This document shows positions 40,341 through 53,841 of a DNA stretch of 64,000 nt, in pieces. Each line of letters starts with the position of its first letter. The first letter of the stretch is position 1. The notes below the pieces were generated by a model, which saw only the letters and a program-made list of their open reading frames with translations, ran no database searches and was not told the DNA's origin. This DNA comes from Eledone cirrhosa (taxonomy: Eukaryota), in assembly GCA_964016885.1 (NCBI GenBank), contig OZ024740.1:201810001-201874000 (forward strand). The letters are read 5' to 3'. The translations under genes and the position numbers were made by a program.

Positions 40341-42666
40341 CGACTTGTCCTCAATAGAACTACGGTGACAGTAATATCTGCGTACGCACCCCAATCCGGA
40401 CTGCCCGGCACTATAAAAGACAGATTCTATGAGACACTGATGCTAACTACCTCCCAAATATCCGACAGTGACTAAATAATTATCGCAGGCGACCTAAATG
40501 GTCACGTTGGACAACATTGTGACGGCTACGACGAAATCCATGGAGGCTATGGGTTTGGTACTAGAAATGAGGAAGGCTCCAGAATCCTGGAATTCTGTGA
40601 TGCAAATAACCTAACTATCTGTAACACTAACTTGAAAAAACGTGACAATCACCTGATCACCTATAGATCCGGGGAACACACAAGCCAGGTAGATTATATC
40701 CTTACCAGAAGACGTGACAGAGTGTCTGTTGTAAACACTAAATCCCTCCCCCATGAAGAATGCACCTCCCAACATAGACTGATAATTAGCGACCTCATAG
40801 TCAGGACGAGACGTACTCGACAGCAGAAGAGGACTATCCTCAGGAGAAAAATATGGAAGCTAAAGGACCCCACAGCCAGGAATAAATTTCAAAGCATATT
40901 ACTTGATGCTTTCGACAGTAAGGAAGAACATTTAGAGTCGGACAATATAGAGGGAGAGTGGGAATTTCTGAAAGCAAACCTGCTGTTGGCGACAGACGAA
41001 GTCTGTGGCTGGAGCAGGCCTGTAGGCAGGAGGAGAGTAACATGGTGGTGGAACAGTAAGGTGGAGGGGTCAATTAAGGCCAAAAAGCAGGCTTGGAAAG
41101 TATGGCGGGATGGGGGAAGTAGAGAAGACTATCAAGTGGCCAGGAGGGAAGCTAGGAGACAAGTGTACTTAGCAAGAAGGGAAGCTGAGGAAAGAAAGTT
41201 CAAGCATGTTCTACAACGCGATGACCAAAAACGTGAGGTGTTCAGGATTGCTAGGCAATGCGTCAAGGAAAACCGTGATATTGTCGGGGAGAAGTGTGTA
41301 CTAAACGACGATGGCACACTTGCCATCACCGACGCTGATAAGAAGGTAGCTTGGAAGTGTCACTATGAAAGGCTACTAAATGAGGAGAATAAATGGGAGA
41401 AAGACAGTCTCCCCCATATCGACCCAATAGAGGGACCAGCAGTGTTAGTCGAGGGGAGTATAATAAGTAAGGCAATCAAGGATATGAAGACGGGTAAGGC
41501 GGCTGGGCCTTCGGAAATAGTTGCTGAGATGCTGAAGGCATCTGGCACGGTGGTACACACCATGGTCACCCGCATAGTTAACCAAGTCGTACAGAATGGG
41601 GTTGTTCCGAAGGACTGGCATAGCAGCATCATCGTTAACTGTTATAAGGGTAAAGGAGACGCCCTAGATAGGAGTAACTATAGAGGCATTAAATTAATCG
41701 ACCAGGTCATGAAGGTCACGGAAAAAGTAATAGCGCAACTAATCAGAGAGAGAATTGACCTAGATGAAATGCAGTTCGGGTTTGTGTCAGGCAAAAGTAC
41801 CACAGACGCTCTTTTCATAGTACGACAACTACAGGAGAAGTACCTAGCTAAAGGTAAACCCCTCTACTTAGCTTTTGTCGACTTGGAGAAAGCCTTCGAC
41901 AGAGTCCCCCGCTCCATTATCTGGTGGGCTCTTAGAAAACTAGGCATTGACGAATGGCTTGTGAGGGCTATACAAGCCATGTATAAAGAAACAGTCAGCA
42001 AGGTTAGAATTAACAACGAATATAGTGAAGAGTTTAGCGTAAAAGTTGGCGTCCATCAGGGCTCTGTTCTCAGCCCCCTACTATTTATTATTGCCCTTCA
42101 GGCTATAACAGAGGAGTTCAAGACAGGCTGCCCATGGGAACTCCTATACACAGACGACCTGACACTCATAGCGGAATCAATGGCCGAGCTAGAGAAGAAA
42201 TTCCAAACATGGAAGCACGGCCTAGAGTCAAAAGGACTTAAAATTAACCTGGCTAAGACCAAAGTACTAGTTTGTAGGAAAGAAAACAAGGCGGTGGTCC
42301 CTTCTGGGAAATGGTCGTGCTCGGTGTGTAGGAAAGGCGTAGGTAGAAACTCCATTTTATGTCCTAAATGCAAAGTATGGGTGCATAAAAGATGTAGTGG
42401 GATCACAGGTAAGCTAACTAAGAACATAGATTTTACATGTGGCCGGTGTTCTGGTGCAATAAGTAGCAGCAAGTGCCCACAAAATACTAGCTCTTTCAAT
42501 TGCGCAGAGGGTTCTATAGAAATAGTGGACAGCTTCCGTTACCTGGGCGATAAAATCAGCAGTGGGGGAGGGTGCTCTGAAAGTACTGTAGCTAGAGTCA
42601 GAACTGGTTGGAAAAAGTTCAGACCCATGGAACACGGACGTTAAACGTTGATGATGATGATGATGA
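40341..42666 (+). mobile_element. RTE LINE family B, 5'-truncated and internally deleted near the 3' end
   Basis: Partial APE (GDLNGH), RT with YTDD, PHD-type finger; in-frame stop near 40473; GWKKFR joined directly to the terminal about 30 nt and (GAT)n. Confidence 0.95.
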
Positions 42667-42725
42667 TATACATATATACATATACATATATATACATACA
42701 TATACATATATATATACATATATAC

Positions 42726-42757
<32 letters not shown>

Positions 42758-42914
42758 ACATACATATATATACAAAGATATACATACACATATATATACA
42801 TATACATACACATATATACATACACATATACATACACATATATACATACACATATATATATATATACATACACATATATACACACATATATATATATATA
42901 TATACACATATATA

Positions 42915-43259
42915 CATCATCATCATCATTTCATTTTATGTCCGCTTTTTCCCTTCTTGCAAGGGTGGGACGGGAACTGATTCTGGCTTGATTTCTACAG
43001 CTGGATGCCCTTCCTAACACCAACCTCATTTACAGTGAGTGCTGGGTGCTTTTATGCCGTGGCACCTCCACGACCACTTTGCAGTGGAATGATAGGGACC
43101 CCAGTCCCTATCATCTCATTTCTACAGCTGAGTAAACTGGAGCAATGTGAAATAAAGTGTCTTGCTCAAGGAAACAACACATCACCCGGTCTGAGAATTG
43201 AACTCACAACCTTTCGATTGCAAGGCCAATGCTCTAACCACTAAGCCATGTGCCTCCAC
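42915..43259 (-). mobile_element. Young SINE family B with RTE family A tail
   Basis: Head and body as 16221; the tail matches 39930-39980. Confidence 0.9.
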
Positions 43260-43307
43260 ATATACATATATATATATATATACATACACATTTATACATA
43301 TACATAT

Positions 43308-43456
43308 ATCATCATCATCATTTTACGTCCGCTTTTCCCTGCTTGCAAGGGTGGGACGGGTCTTATTCAGCACAGCATCTCTCCACTCGTCACGGTCCCT
43401 CGTCATCTCCACTGTGAGCTTCAATGATCTGAGGTCTGTTCTCACCACCTCCGCCC
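43308..43456 (-). mobile_element. About 150-bp 3' stub of RTE family A
   Basis: Near-identical reverse complement of about 39832-39980; (TA)n-rich DNA on both sides. Confidence 0.92.
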
Positions 43457-43530
43457 ATATATAGATACACATTTATATACATATATATATACATACACAT
43501 ATATATATAAATACACATATATAAATACAC

Positions 43531-43561
<31 letters not shown>

Positions 43562-43638
43562 AATATACATATATATATATATAAATGGAATAGAATGAAA
43601 TGAAATTTCATTTCTCACTTAGTACGGCACTTACTTAA

Positions 43639-44153
43639 ATGTAAGTATGTATGTATGTATACGTATATACATATATGTATACAGACGTACAGTAGCATGT
43701 ATATATATACATACATGCACACATATATATATGAACGTATCGGTTTACCGAACATTTATTATAATGCTCGGTTTGTTTGTTTGTAAACAAACAAACAGCT
43801 CGATATGCAAATTAGGCTGCTCAGCCGTTAATATGCATAAGGAAAGTATATACTTTCAGACGTTCAACCATCTGGCAGGAAGGTATATGATGCTGACGAT
43901 AGCTAATAAGCTTGAAACTAGTATATCGTTCCAGTGTCAGTGTTGAACAAAAAGGTGACGTGGTTGCCTAAACACTGTACGGCGTAATTTGGGCTGTTTG
44001 TTTGTTTACAAACAAACAAACGGAGCATTATAATAAATGTTTGGTAAACCGATACATGCATATATATATGTGTGCATGTATGTATATATATACATACTAC
44101 TGTACGTCGGTATACATATATGTATGTATGTATACATACATACATACTTACAT
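43639..44153. mobile_element. Foldback/MITE-like element with about 165-bp inverted arms
   Basis: 43639-43805 pairs with about 43988-44153 (GTATCGGTTTACC..CATTTATTATAATGCTC.GTTTGTTTGTTTGTAAACAAACAAACAGC). Confidence 0.85.
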
Positions 44154-45070
44154 ATATATATATATAAATATACATATATATATATAAATATACATATATA
44201 CAAATATACATATATACAAATATACATATAAATATATATAAATATACATATATACATATAACACAAAGATGCACACACATACTTATACTATAAAAAATGA
44301 TGACAGTTCCATTAAACATATTGAAAAAAAAATTGAAAAACATTTGGAAAGATTTTATATAACTCTGGACATAAAATGATGATATTTATATGAAATTAAA
44401 TATTAAATTCTTTGCTATTGAATATTTTGGAGAAATATCTTGAATAACAAGATTAAATGGAAAGAGCAGGGGACACAATATCATGTGATATCTCCTACTT
44501 CCAGCAGATTCAAAGCACTTACTGTAACTCATACTCTGGCTCCTATTTTCATTCTCCTACTATCACTAACAGTTGACAGCCCCCTCTCTGCATTGTATTT
44601 TGTTTGTGTGACAGCAAATAAAAACGTATTGCAAATTATTATATGTAGATAGATATATGGATACAGTAAGATAAAAAAAAATCATGCTGCTAAGAAACTG
44701 ATATATAGAAAAGAAGTTAATTTTACATATATATATAGTGGTAGTTTTACATAGATATATATAGTAGTAATTCTAGTATGTTTGTATCAGAGAAAGTAAC
44801 AATAAAGTCATTGAGTTGAGAGCAACAAGTTCAAAATAACTTCATGTCTAGAATAATAAAAGGAATAGTTTTGTGAGCTAATGTTTAGGAATAAGGAAAC
44901 AAGTAATCCTTCAGTAGAAGTAATATTCAATGAAGATGACCTATTAACCGAGATAACTGACTACAATAAAACATTAGTGTAAAGCTGAGTAAAGATGACT
45001 GCAATTATCTTAGTAGAGGTCAACAATGCCTTTTTATACACATTGTCCTGGCAGAATATCTCAGGCATTG

Positions 45071-45900
45071 GAGGGAAGAGCAGTGACCATGACCTTTTTT
45101 CAGGGACTCCAAGACTGGTGAAAGGGAGAGAGGTATCCCCAAACTGAAGACCTGCCCTGGTCTCAATACACTTGCAATAGAGTGAACTCAACTAAAAGCA
45201 CCCAAGGACCAGGCAGTGGTGTTAAACTGAGCAACAGATTGTCTACACCCTAGTAGGTCACAGCAAGATTTAAACTTGGATGACAAAATAGAAAAAAAGA
45301 ATGGAACAAATACTTCAAGACATCATGTCAGATGTTCTGACAATTCCATTAATCTACCTCCATAGACATGTATTTTATTTTAACAACATGAAAGGATGAA
45401 AGGCAAAGTTGACATCAGCAGGATTTGAACTGAAGGTGCAGAGAGTCAGAATAAATATCACAAGACATTCTGTGTTACACTAATTACTCAGCCAATCCAC
45501 CGTCTTATTCTTAGACTTCCATAATTCTCTTTAACTCTTAACATTCTGCAATGATTTGGCAGAACATATCTAAAGACAGGTATGTTGATACAAATGTTTA
45601 TATTTTTATTAGTTGACAGAATGTTGTGAAAATGTGTGGTAATAGAGTAAAGACTAATTTTAAATGTACTCCTAGTGCTGTTTTGTGTGTTTCAAAAATG
45701 TCTTAGAGGGAAGAGCAGTGACCATGACCTTTTTTCAAGGACTCCAAGACTGATGGAAGAGAGAGAGGTATCCCTAAACTGAAGACCTGCCCTGGCCTCA
45801 ATACACTTGCAACATAGTGAACTAAGCTAAAAACACCCAAGGACCAGGTAATGGTGTTAAGCTGAACAACAGATTGTCTACACCCTAGTAGGTCACAGCA
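45071..45900. repeat. Two direct copies (45071-45267, 45707-45900) of a dispersed SINE-body repeat
   Basis: GAGGGAAGAGCAGTGACCATGACC...GTAGGTCACAGCA twice; older relatives near 8270-8480 and 35120-35330. Confidence 0.75.
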
Positions 45901-46986
45901 GTGAAAATGTATGTTATTAAAGTTAAAGACTAATTTTGAATGTGATGCAATCCTAGTACTGTTTTGTCTGTTTCAAAAATGTCTTGCTAATACAGTTTCA
46001 GTGGTACAGGTTGGTAAGAGTTAAAATGCCACAAAGCTAATTCCCAACAAAAACCCTAACTAAAGTAGATGTAGGGGGAAATCAGCAAACAGATTCTTGA
46101 ACAAATTATCCTTTCTAGTCATCATTTCTGCTCAAGCAGACCAGGAGCCTGCATCTCACATATATTCCTGTGCTGCACCAAGTACATTTTATCATGACAC
46201 CAGCACTAGGGAGGATATCATGTCTTTACTCTACCAAAGAGCCTACTGACCCTTTTTGGTACGGTTTTTACTGTAGGATGCCCTATCATCAACCACCTCA
46301 CAAGGCATACTAATTGCATTTATCATGGCACCAACACTAGAGAAGTCGTCAATCATTGACTCCACTGAAGAGCCTTTTTGACCCTATAATGGGGAAAGGG
46401 GTAAGGATAAGTTTGATGCCATGGGCGTATATGTCAAATGAGGTGGGATACGATAGGATAACATATAGGAAGGGAGAGAGTACACTGATTATAGCTACTA
46501 CAGGGTTACGACCCCAGAACAATAAAAAGCAAAGTAAACCTCAGCAAACAGAAACCCTTTTAACCCTCACACCCACCACACGGTGGAAGATCTAGGATGT
46601 GACAACTAGTGGAAGAGAGAACTGTACTGGCACTGATACAGTACTTTCTTTATTAACCCCAGAACAATGAAAAGAAAACTAAACTTCAACAAACACAGAC
46701 AACTTTTCAACCCTTTTACCTATCACCCAGTGCAACATCTATACCCACAGTGGGCTGATACTTTCTTTACTCCAGAACAATGAATGGCATAGTAGACCTT
46801 GGCAGGATTTGTATACAAAACACAAAACTGGAACATATGTTGCAACACATTCTATCCAATTAAACACAAAGTATAGATTGATATTATGCTGATCAATATT
46901 TTAAAAAGCTTTTTTTTTTTTAAATGATAAAAAAAAGTCACATATCTTAAAGAGAAGTCCTAGTTTAGTTTATCAATTGTCAATAC

Positions 46987-47054
46987 CCATTATGGATGAA
47001 TGTCAAAAAGTCCGACATCAGCGGAAACACTATTCTTGGCAGTGCCAGAACACT
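46987..47054 (-). CDS. Candidate 68-nt host exon (phase 0 to 2, SVLALPRIVFPLMSDFLTFIHNG)
   Basis: Acceptor TTTCCTTACCAG|, donor TGG|GTATTG; only one open frame, and its phase matches exon 34505-34549. A plus-strand donor reading is also possible. Confidence 0.4.
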
Positions 47055-47907
47055 CTGGTAAGGAAACTATGTTTTAGAACTACTGAAGTCAAATATCACA
47101 TCTAGTAGGTTATTATTTCACGCTAACACTAGTCTTAGGAATAACTAAGAATTTGATAAAAGTGCATTTGTTTGAAAGAATATTTCAAATTTACACACAC
47201 ACAAACACACACAAACACGTTTATAATCATCAACATTTTACATCTGTTTTTTATACTGGCATGGGTTGGATGGGTTGTGATATTCTGAAATTAAACAGGT
47301 CAGGGAGAACCATATATTACATATACATTCTATTTAGGGCATAATTTCTACAGCTTAATGCCCTTCCTAATACCAACCACTTTACAGCATGTACTCTACA
47401 TGCATGTATATACACACACTACAATTAAGCCAAATAAAAATGCTGAGGTTTATAGTAAAAAATATTTAATATAATATAATTCCTTGGTTACAACATTCTA
47501 TGTAAAAATGCTTGAATCCCCATTTTTCCTTGACCTTCTCTCTATTGTTACGCTGGTTATTACCATATTTCATTTTACATTCATTTAAATCAATTACAGT
47601 AATTTGCTTCTAGATTTTCTTTAATCATTATCAAAAATATTAGAACTGAATTACAATGACTTTGTTCAATCTATCTTCAGGCTGCTATTGCAATTTATGG
47701 TTTGTTGTTGTTGTTCTTGTCCAAATATAGATTATCTACCAGACAGACAAGGTGGTTAGGTAGACAGATAAATAGATAGATAGATAGACTATATAGGTAG
47801 ATAGTCATTTAGATAGACAGATAGTCATGTGGACAGACAGGTGGTTAGGTAGGTAGACAGATAGATAGATATGTAGATAGATATGTAGATAGATATGTAG
47901 ATAGATA

Positions 47908-48244
47908 TCATCATCATCATCATTTCATTTTACGTCCGCTTTTCCCTGCTTGCAAGGGTGGGACGGGAACTGATTCTGGCTTGATTTCTACAGCTGGATG
48001 CCCTTCCTAACACCAACCTCATTTACAGTGAGTGCTGGGTGCTTTTTTGCCGTGGCACCTCCACGACCACTTTGCAGTGGAATGATATGGACCTCAGTCC
48101 CTATCATCTCATTTCTACAGCTGAGTAAACTGGAGCAATGTGAAATAAAGTCTCTTGCTCAAGGAAACAACACATCACCCGGTCTGAGAATTGAACTCAC
48201 AACCTTTCGATTGCAAGGCCAATGCTCTAACCACTAAGCTATGT
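47908..48244 (-). mobile_element. Young SINE family B with RTE family A tail, inserted in (GATA)n-like DNA
   Basis: Nearly identical to 42915-43259. Confidence 0.9.
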
Positions 48245-48296
48245 AGATAGATATATCTAGATAGATATATGTAGATAGATATATGTAGATAGATAT

Positions 48297-50352
48297 ATAG
48301 GTAGGTAGATAGTCCTGTCGGTAGGTAGATAGTCCTGTCAGGTAGGTAGATAGTCCTGTCAGGTAGGTAGATAGTCCTGTCAGGTAGGTAGATAGTCCTG
48401 TCGGTAGGTAGATAGTCCTGTTGGTAGGTAGATAGTCCTGTCAGGTAGGTAGATAGTCCTGTCAGGTAGGTAGATAGTCCTGTCAGGTAGGTAGATAGTC
48501 CTGTCGGTAGGTAGATAGTCCTGTCAGGTAGGTAGATAGTCCTGTCAGGTAGGTAGATAGTCCTGTCAGGTAGGTAGATAGTCCTGTCAGGTAGGTAGAT
48601 AGTCCTGTCAGGTAGGTAGATAGTCCTGTCAGGTAGGTAGATAGTTCTGTCGGTAGGTAGATAGTCCTGTCAGGTAGGTAGATAGTCCTGTCAGGTAGGT
48701 AGATAGTCCTGTCAGGTAGGTAGATAGTCCTGTCACGTAGGTAGATAGTCCTGTCACGTAGGTAGATAGTCCTGTCAGGTAGGTAGATAGTCCTGTCGGT
48801 AGGTAGATAGTCCTGTCAGGTAGGTAGATAGTCCTGTCAGGTAGGTAGATAGTCCTGTCAGGTAGGTAGATAGTCCTGTCAGGTAGGTAGATAGTCCTGT
48901 CAGGTAGGTAGATAGTCCTGTCGGTAGGTAGATAGTCCTGTCAGGTAGGTAGATAGTCCTGTCAGGTAGGTAGATAGTCCTGTCGGTAGGTAGATAGTCC
49001 TGTCAGGTAGGTAGATAGTCCTGTCAGGTAGGTAGATAGTCCTGTCAGGTAGGTAGATAGTCCTGTCGGTAGGTAGATAGTCCTGTCAGGTAGGTAGATA
49101 GTCCTGTCAGGTAGGTAGATAGTCCTGTCAGGTAGGTAGATAGTCCTGTCAGGTAGGTAGATAGTCCTGTCAGGTAGGTAGATAGTCCTGTCAGGTAGGT
49201 AGATAGTCCTGTCAGGTAGGTAGATAGTCCTGTCGGTAGGTAGATAGTCCTGTCAGGTAGGTAGATAGTCCTGTCAGGTAGGTAGATAGTCCTGTCAGGT
49301 AGGTAGATAGTCCTGCCAGGTAGGTAGATAGTCCTGTCAGGTAGGTAGATAGTCCTGTCAGGTAGGTAGATAGTCCTGTCGGTAGGTAGATAGTCCTGTC
49401 AGGTAGGTAGATAGTCCTGTCAGGTAGGTAGATAGTCCTGTCGGTAGGTAGATAGTCCTGTCAGGTAGGTAGATAGTCCTGTCAGGTAGGTAGATAGTCC
49501 TGTCGGTAGGTAGATAGTCCTGTCAGGTAGGTAGATAGTCCTGTCAGGTAGGTAGATAGTCCTGTCAGGTAGGTAGATAGTCCTGTCAGGTAGGTAGATA
49601 GATATATATAGGTAGGTAGATAGTCCTGTCAGGTAGGTAGATAGTCCTGTCAGGTAGGTAGATAGTCCTGTCGGTAGGTAGATAGTCCTGTCAGGTAGGT
49701 AGATAGTCCTGTCAGGTAGGTAGATAGTCCTGTCAGGTAGGTAGATAGTCCTGTCAGGTAGGTAGATAGATATATATAGGTAGGTAGATAGTCCTGTCAG
49801 GTAGGTAGATAGTCCTGTCAGGTAGGTAGATAGTCCTGTCGGTAGGTAGATAGTCCTGTCAGGTAGGTAGATAGTCCTGTCAGGTAGGTAGATAGTCCTG
49901 TCAGGTAGGTAGATAGTCCTGTCGGTAGGTAGATAGTCCTGTCAGGTAGGTAGATAGTCCTGTCAGGTAGGTAGATAGTCCTGTCAGGTAGGTAGATAGA
50001 TATATATAGGTAGGTAGATAGTCCTGTCAGGTAGGTAGATAGTCCTGTCAGGTAGGTAGATAGTCCTGTCAGGTAGGTAGATAGTCCTGTCAGGTAGGTA
50101 GATAGTCCTGTCAGGTAGGTAGATAGATATATATAGGTAGGTAGATAGTCCTGTCAGGTAGGTAGATAGTCCTGTCGGTAGGTAGATAGTCCTGTCGGTA
50201 GGTAGATAGTCCTGTCGGTAGGTAGATAGTCCTGTCAGGTAGGTAGATAGTCCTGTCAGGTAGGTAGATAGTCCTGTCAGGTAGGTAGATAGTCCTGTCA
50301 GGTAGGTAGATAGTCCTGTCAGGTAGGTAGATAGTCCTGTCAGGTAGGTAGA
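48297..50352. repeat. Minisatellite of about 98 x 21 bp GGTAGGTAGATAGTCCTGTCA
   Basis: Head-to-tail units with a 20-bp (minus A) variant and a GATATATATA variant; no spacers. Confidence 0.97.
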
Positions 50353-50420
50353 CAGTCATGTAGAGACAGATAGATGGTTAGGTGGGTAGACAAATTGATA
50401 AACATATGTAGATAGATATG

Positions 50421-52770
50421 TTTCTATTTATTGCCACGGGGGTGAAAAAGAAGGGGACAAATACAAGGGGGGGGTTCCCACAAAAGAACGAGTAAAAAAA
50501 ACAAATAAATATAAAATTAACAATAAAGTCCTCAATAGGGAGGAGGCGTTTTGGGGGGTCACACACACCCCCGAAAAAGTGTGCAACCCTTCTCCTCAGG
50601 AGCACAGAGAGGGTGCTCCCTTGTTCTTCCATCTTTTGCACCTACAGGCTGATATAGAGAGAAGGCCCATTCACACGGGTCATTCTCGCCACTTTCACCC
50701 ACCTTTCTTAAAACTGGCTGGGGTGGAGCACCTCTCTCTCCATCCTGATCCTTCTGAACTCGGTGGTCAACTGGATAGGTCTCACCCGTGACAGCAGTCG
50801 TTCGGCATAGCCCACAGATCGGCGACGCCCGGGCAGTGTACCAATGCATGCGCGACAGTTTCCTCGTCGCGCATGCATCTGGGACAGATCTTTTTTGAGG
50901 GGTCCATACCCGGGTGCCCTAGTCTGTAGAACTTTTCTCGAATGGGCAGAGCCCTTCGGTAGCACGGCCAGGCCAGGGACCTCTGGAAGTTGTCCATGGG
51001 TCCCGGGCTAAATATCCTACCGAACAGGCTGGCCAGTTCGTCTTCCTCCATGCCTAGGGCTTCGCCGAGGGCGTCGTCACACCTGCTGCGTACCAGCCCT
51101 CTATAGATTGTCGAGGTGGAGTCTCCACTGACAGCCGGGTCCACCTGCCAGAGAGCCGTGAGCGCCTGAGCACACTCGGTGTGCCAGGCGCCCAGTTTTC
51201 TCGGTCTTTGATTGACCCAGGATTGCAGCTCGGTGAGTGAGAAAAGTCTGGGAAAGGTTCGTCTCACAAACGTGGCCCACACCGGTTGACCGGTGAGGAA
51301 TACCTGGAGGTGCCGTAGCCTTAATGCATGTTTATGCATCAGCAGCCACGGCATCCTCAGCCCTCCTTTCGAAGGGTGTTGACAGCAGATGGATCTCCTC
51401 ACCAAAGTGGCCTGCTTCTTCCAAAGGAATGGGAAGAGTACGCGCTCCAATTTGGTGAGCGTTTCCCTTGGGCAAGGCACGACGGTCAGACGGTAGTAGA
51501 TCACGGACGCTATATAAGTGTTCGCCACTTTCACCCGACCTTTCAGGGATAGTTTGCACTTGGCCCACTTCTGGGTTAGTGCAAACACCCTGTTTGTTAC
51601 CTCACCCCAGTTCTTCTCCACCTGGAGGTCTGGTCCGAACCAAACCCCGAGCAACTTCCCCGGGCCCTCTATCCAGTGTCCGACAACGCAATCGGAGGAC
51701 ATCAATTTGCCCCTCCACGTGCCCAGTTGCAACCCGATCGACTTGTCCCGGTTCAGCTTAGCCCCTGTAAACCTTTCGTACTCCCCCAGTAAGGTGCCAA
51801 TCGCCCCGATTTCCGAGGCGGTCGACACCATTACTGTTACGTCATCGGCCGACACCGCTTTCCGCAATCCCGGTTCCAAAGGGATGCCCTGCAACAACTC
51901 CACTTCCGCAGCAGTGGCTCGAGGGCCAATAGATACAGAAGGGAGGAGAGAGGGCACCCTTGTCGGATGGCCCGCGTAATTTCGAACGGCTCCGACAGGT
52001 AGCCGTTCACCTTGACTCTAGAGCAGATGCGGCTGATGTGCATGGCAGTGATCCAGCCCCTGAAAACAGGTCCGAAACCTGCCGCCGCTAGCACCGCATC
52101 CAGGTAACCATAGTCGACCCTATCGAACGCTTTAGATTGATCCAAGCTGATCAGGGCCCCACCAAAGCCGGGTTCATTCCCAACCCTCTCTATAATGTAT
52201 CGCATAAGGTGGAGGTTGTCCTGGATGGACCTGGACAGGATAGCACATGTCTGCGCATCTCCCACCAGGTTGCCCACGACAAGCGCCAACCCCTTTGCTA
52301 ACACCTTGACCAAAATCTTTAACTCTGCATTTAGCCAAGTTATGGGCCTGAAATTACTTATTTCGTCCCCCTTGTTCTCATCCTTCCTCACTAGCGAGAC
52401 TACGCCCTTGGTCACAGAACAGGGAATTCTCCCGTTCTGTTGCCAGTTGCAGTTGACCGCCTCGAGGAGATCGGGGAACAAGTCCGGCATAGCTAGATAT
52501 AGTTTGTATGGAAGACCATCGAGACCCGGGGATTTGCGTTTGCCGCATCGGCTCAGCACGTCTTCTATCTCAGCAGCTGAAATCGGCCCCTTGCAGGACT
52601 TTGCCTCCTCATCCGAAAGACGCGGCAGGCTGTCGAGGCATGGACCAAAGTCCACATCCCCATCCGGCACCCCCGCCCCTCCCGAACAATTGGGTAAAGT
52701 GCCTTTGAAAGGCCTCACACATCTGCTTAGGCTCAAGGATCACCCGTCCATCCTGGTCTCGCAAACGATG
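50421..52770 (-). mobile_element. 5'-truncated Tx1-like (L1 clade) LINE, frameshifted ORF2
   Basis: KSPGLDGLP, LDQSKAFDRV, RQGCPLS, SADD, LGVWFG, LSLKGRVKVAN and C-terminal CPRC..EETVAHALVHC; AATAAA at the 3' end; markedly GC-richer than flanks. Confidence 0.9.
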
Positions 52771-53427
52771 GATAGATAGATAGACAACAGATTGCACTAT
52801 CAAAACATAGGTCAATACTAGTTCAAGCAACATATATATTTGTCCCCACCCAACTGATTACTATAGATAAATATCAATATGCAAACCTGAAACACTAAAT
52901 AGATGAGAATGGAGAGAACCATTTGGTTGACAACTTCTCTGGTGCTATTGCCAAGATAAGATACACCAAGTACACACTGTAAAGTAGTTGACATTAGGAA
53001 GGGAATCTTGTAAAAGAAGCTATAACAAAATAGGGAACATATAAACAAGACACAGTTCTCTGACCATGTTTTGTCTTGGATTCTGATAAAACATCCAACT
53101 CATGCTCAGGCCAGCATGTAAACTGATGATACATGCATAATATATATGTATGTATTTGTGTGAGTGTGTGTATACTGTAAATGTGGTTGGTATTAGGCAG
53201 GGCATCCAGCTGTAATATACCCTGCCAAATTTATAGACCTCGTCGGGGCAAGGTACGGCATGGCCAACTCTGGCCAAACTTGTCTCTCAAGTGGACGACT
53301 CGCCTAACCCATGCAAGCATGGAAAAATGGACACTAACCGATGATGATGATATATATACATTTATACCTACACATATACATGAATTTAAATGTGTTCTGC
53401 ATGCAAGAACTTGCATATCTGATGAAT

Positions 53428-53809
53428 ATATTATATTATATATATATATAATATATTATATATATATATAATATATTATATATATATATAATATATTATA
53501 TATATATATAATATATTATATATATATTATATATATATATAATATATTATATATATATATTATATATATATTGTATATATATATAATATATTATATATAT
53601 ATTATATATATATATAATATATTATATATATATATATTATATATATATTATATATATATATTATATATATATATATATTATATATATATATTATATATAT
53701 ATATATTATATATATATATATTATATATATATATTATAGATATATATATTATATATATTATATATATATTATATATATTATATATATTATATATATATAT
53801 ATTATATAT

Positions 53810-53841
<32 letters not shown>

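Noticed and set aside
44516-44590. Strong minus-strand GTAAGT donor
   Set aside because: All three frames to the nearest plausible acceptor contain stops
48297-50352. CRISPR-like array or telomeric repeat
   Set aside because: No unique spacers, no cas genes, eukaryotic context; the unit is not TTAGGG-like and derives from local simple repeats
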